Positions 62,616 to 64,000 of a stretch of DNA of 64,000 nt are shown here, one piece after another (the first letter of the stretch is position 1; each line of letters opens with the position of its first letter). The position numbers and the translations under genes were made by a program. Origin of the DNA: Octopus sinensis (taxonomy: Eukaryota); the NCBI RefSeq assembly GCF_006345805.1, contig NC_042998.1, positions 3,658,001 to 3,722,000 of the forward strand, in the 5' to 3' direction. The notes under the pieces were generated by a model that had not been told where the DNA came from, did no database searches, and was given only the letters and a program-made list of their open reading frames with translations.

Positions 62616-63386
62616 CTCTGTTATAATATGCTTCCATCATTTACATTTCTTGTTCTGTTTAAGTAAATCTTCATTTGAAATGATTTCCTTATGTCGATAG
62701 GTTCATATTGCTGTATTGAATTTTCAATCCTAAATAAAACAACCACTTTATCTGACTGAACAGCAATCACCTACAAAATCTCTCTTCACTTAGAAACATA
62801 GTGAATAATAACAAGCAGCTTCTATATAACATGTATTGACACTATCCTCTACATAAACCAAACATTGAACGACTGAGTGTTCTTGAAGTATAGCATATTG
62901 AATGTACTGGAAGTATGGGTCACTTCCAAATTTTACATCGATTAATTCTCTTTGGAGATGACTGTCACAATTCATCAACAACGTTTTGGCTCTGTTCCTA
63001 TGTTCTTACCGCACCAGATGGCAGGTCTTGTAAGAAAAAGAACATGAACAGCTAATATGGGAAATATTTGAATTTAGAAAATCTTCGAATAAATTGTGAA
63101 CTACAGTTATAAAGTAATATCTACTTGAGGCATGAAAATATTGAAAATACTGCTCTTTCCCCGTCAAGTTTATTTACGAGAGCAAAATAAATAAATGAAT
63201 AAAATAAATAAATAAAATATAAAATGCACACTACACTTCTATTCAACATTGTATGGCATCGTTGGAAAGGAGACATGTTTGTGTAAGAGTGTGTTTTACC
63301 GATTTGCCTACATACCCGCCCACCTACTATGATACACCTTTCCACCACACATCCCCACTCCTCCCACATCTATCTGTCTGTCAATC

Positions 63387-63540
63387 AGTGCAGGCATGGT
63401 TGTGTGGGAAGAAGCTTGCTTTCCAACCAGATGGTTCTGGGTTCAGTCCAACTGTGTGGCACCTCCTACTATAGCCTCGGGCTGACCAAAGCATTGTAAG
63501 TGGATTTGGGATTAGGTAGATGGAAAGTGAAAGAAGCCTG

Positions 63541-63580
<40 letters not shown>

Positions 63581-63810
63581 TGTATTATATAGGTGCAGGA
63601 GTGGCTGTGTGATAAGTAGCTTACTTACCACCCACATGGTTTCGGGTTCAGTCCCACTGCATATCTTCTACTATAGCTTCAGGCTGACCAAAGCCTTGTG
63701 AGTGGATTTGGTAGATGAAAACTGAAAATAAGTCCTGGGGTTGATTTGCTTGACTAATGGTGGTGCTCCAGCATGGCGGCAGTCAAATGACTGAAACAAA
63801 TTTAAAGAAT
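63387..63810 (+). mobile_element. two partial SINE family A copies separated by (TA)n
   Basis: heads at about 63387 and 63590. Confidence 0.75.
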
Positions 63811-64000
63811 ATTTATACATATATAGTCTATTATATTCATTATTTTTTTACTAGTTTCTCACTAAGTTTCTTTTTTTATTCAATTATTGTTTATATTTAT
63901 TTCTCTGTTGTCGTGAATCCCCACTTGCAGCCATAGATGTACTGTTAGTTTTCAAATTAGTTTGCCCAATCGGATTTAATTGCTTATTCGTTGAACTGGT

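Noticed and set aside
62894-63055. Plus-strand frame ending ..APDGRSCK (EGF-like tail) and minus-strand ORF 62790-62981
   Set aside because: Cysteine spacing does not fit EGF or the ADAMTS Cys-rich domain, and there are no convincing splice sites; probably chance.

Overview
Repeat-dense, AT-rich eukaryotic genomic window, most likely from an Octopus species (inferred from the tRNA-derived SINE families and the CR1/RTE/Penelope-like repeat landscape). The only supportable host gene is an internal part of a + strand ADAMTS7/12-like metalloprotease: 8 GT-AG exons between 14027 and 47362 that splice in frame (951 nt, 317 aa). They cover the catalytic domain (HELGHNLGMKHD zinc motif, split by an intron), the disintegrin-like domain and the central TSP1 repeat. 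The rest appears intronic. It holds several tRNA-SINE families, CR1/L2, RTE and L1/Tx1 LINE fragments, Tc1 and mariner transposase relics, MITEs of three superfamilies, non-autonomous Helitron-like elements and microsatellites. Most ORFs in the supplied track are artefacts of these repeats. The most notable hidden feature is a set of hammerhead-ribozyme-like motifs (9 loci, 12 copies counting mirror images). They lie in probable Penelope-like pseudo-LTR remnants, three of them inside near-perfect long palindromes, and they have varied catalytic cores, including an apparent compensatory G3:C8 swap. All folding and alignments were done by eye and no activity is demonstrated. Repeat boundaries are approximate unless termini or TSDs are given.
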